Shown: in pieces, positions 36,430 through 36,987 of the stretch | Layout of the letters: the number at the start of each line of letters is the position of its first letter | Numbering within the stretch: the stretch's first letter is position 1 | Origin: Candidatus Jorgensenbacteria bacterium RIFCSPHIGHO2_02_FULL_45_20 | GTDB lineage: Bacteria > Patescibacteriota > Minisyncoccia > UBA6257 > GWB1-50-10 | Assembly (NCBI GenBank): GCA_001779535.1 | Contig: MFKJ01000010.1 | Location: forward strand, 1 to 36,987 | Reading direction: 5' to 3' | Length of the DNA stretch: 36,987 bases | The notes under the pieces: model-generated | What the model was told of the DNA's origin: nothing | Database searches by the model: none | What the model saw: the letters and a program-made list of their open reading frames with translations, nothing else | Made by a program: the position numbers and the translations under genes

Positions 36430-36825
36430 CTACTCGGTCGTTACGCCATCAAACTCATCACTCGCATCCGCGAGCGCGGCGGCTTTGGTCGCGTGTATTT
36501 TGCCGTCTCTATGCTCCGGCGGAGAGTAAAGCGTGTAAAGCTTCATCGGTGAACCCGTTCCGTTCACAATGTTATGTTTCGTTCCGGCCGGGATAACCAC
36601 CGCGAATCCGTCTTCTATATTATGTTCAACGCCGTCTAAAATCGCTTTCCCGTTCCCGCTTTCAACTCTGACAAACTGGTCAAGCGTGTGCGTTTCTTCT
36701 CCGATATCATCGCCGGCGGCTAAACTCATCACGACAAGCTGGCTGTATTTCGCCGTGTAAAGCACCTTTCTGAAATTGCCGTTTTCCTGCGTTTCCTTTT
36801 CTATATTTCCCACGTATCCTTTCAT
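36430..36825 (-). CDS. Cupin domain protein
   Basis: IGEETH…DQF…G, IPAGTKHNIVN and LYTLYSPPEH motifs. Confidence 0.9.
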   Translation of the reverse strand: MKGYVGNIEKETQENGNFRKVLYTAKYSQLVVMSLAAGDDIGEETHTLDQFVRVESGNGKAILDGVEHNIEDGFAVVIPAGTKHNIVNGTGSPMKLYTLYSPPEHRDGKIHATKAAALADASDEFDGVTTE

Positions 36826-36987
36826 AATTCTTTATATTTACCAATTTTATACGACTAACATAATTCTACATCATTTGATAAAAATACCCAATATTACGTT
36901 GTAGATAATAAAAAAGGTTACCGAAACCCTCCCGAGTAGATACTAATTCGGTTACCGTGGTCGCATGACCATGGAAACCAAGAAAAA

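Noticed and set aside
787..36760. Numerous other plus-strand ORFs (e.g. 3694-4386, 5176-5793, 22253-22918, 24140-24847, 31072-31671)
   Set aside because: They overlap well-identified minus-strand genes and look like antisense shadows.
1..36987. Alternative genetic code (UGA=Gly as in Gracilibacteria/Absconditabacteria)
   Set aside because: secY, adk, rplP and ppsA end at TGA at the expected lengths, and conserved genes have no in-frame TGA.

Overview
Genomic window from a small-genome bacterium, most likely Patescibacteria/CPR (Parcubacteria-like). This is inferred from the lack of rpmD/L30, the DUF4012/DUF5671/Cys-rich gene content and SD-less A-rich gene starts; TGA is used as a stop (code 11). 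Nearly all genes are on the minus strand. In transcription order: cupin, flavodoxin-fold oxidoreductase, Fe/Mn SOD, DUF5671-like protein, PD-(D/E)XK nuclease, AI-2E transporter, tgt, a 569-aa multi-CxxC protein, tsaC, gpsA, a CcdA/hypothetical/thioredoxin cluster, glycerate kinase, ppsA, a sugar-transferase/GT4/GT4/DUF4012 cluster, lepA, tuf, the S10-spc ribosomal cluster (rpsJ to rplO), secY, adk and map. One self-contained 75-aa plus-strand gene sits at the left end. Most unusual: (1) the larger intergenic gaps are mosaics of AT-rich, 7-nt-periodic, imperfect inverted-repeat elements of three to four families, into which different small GC-rich hairpins are inserted copy-specifically; (2) L3 is only 150 aa, with an internal in-frame deletion, and other r-proteins are remodelled; (3) a promoter, palindrome and terminator-like leader lie between rpsJ and rplC; (4) several genes have a -10 box 6-8 nt before the ATG, consistent with leaderless mRNA. 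No tRNA, rRNA, CRISPR array or transposase was found. All calls come from reading the sequence; no searches were run.
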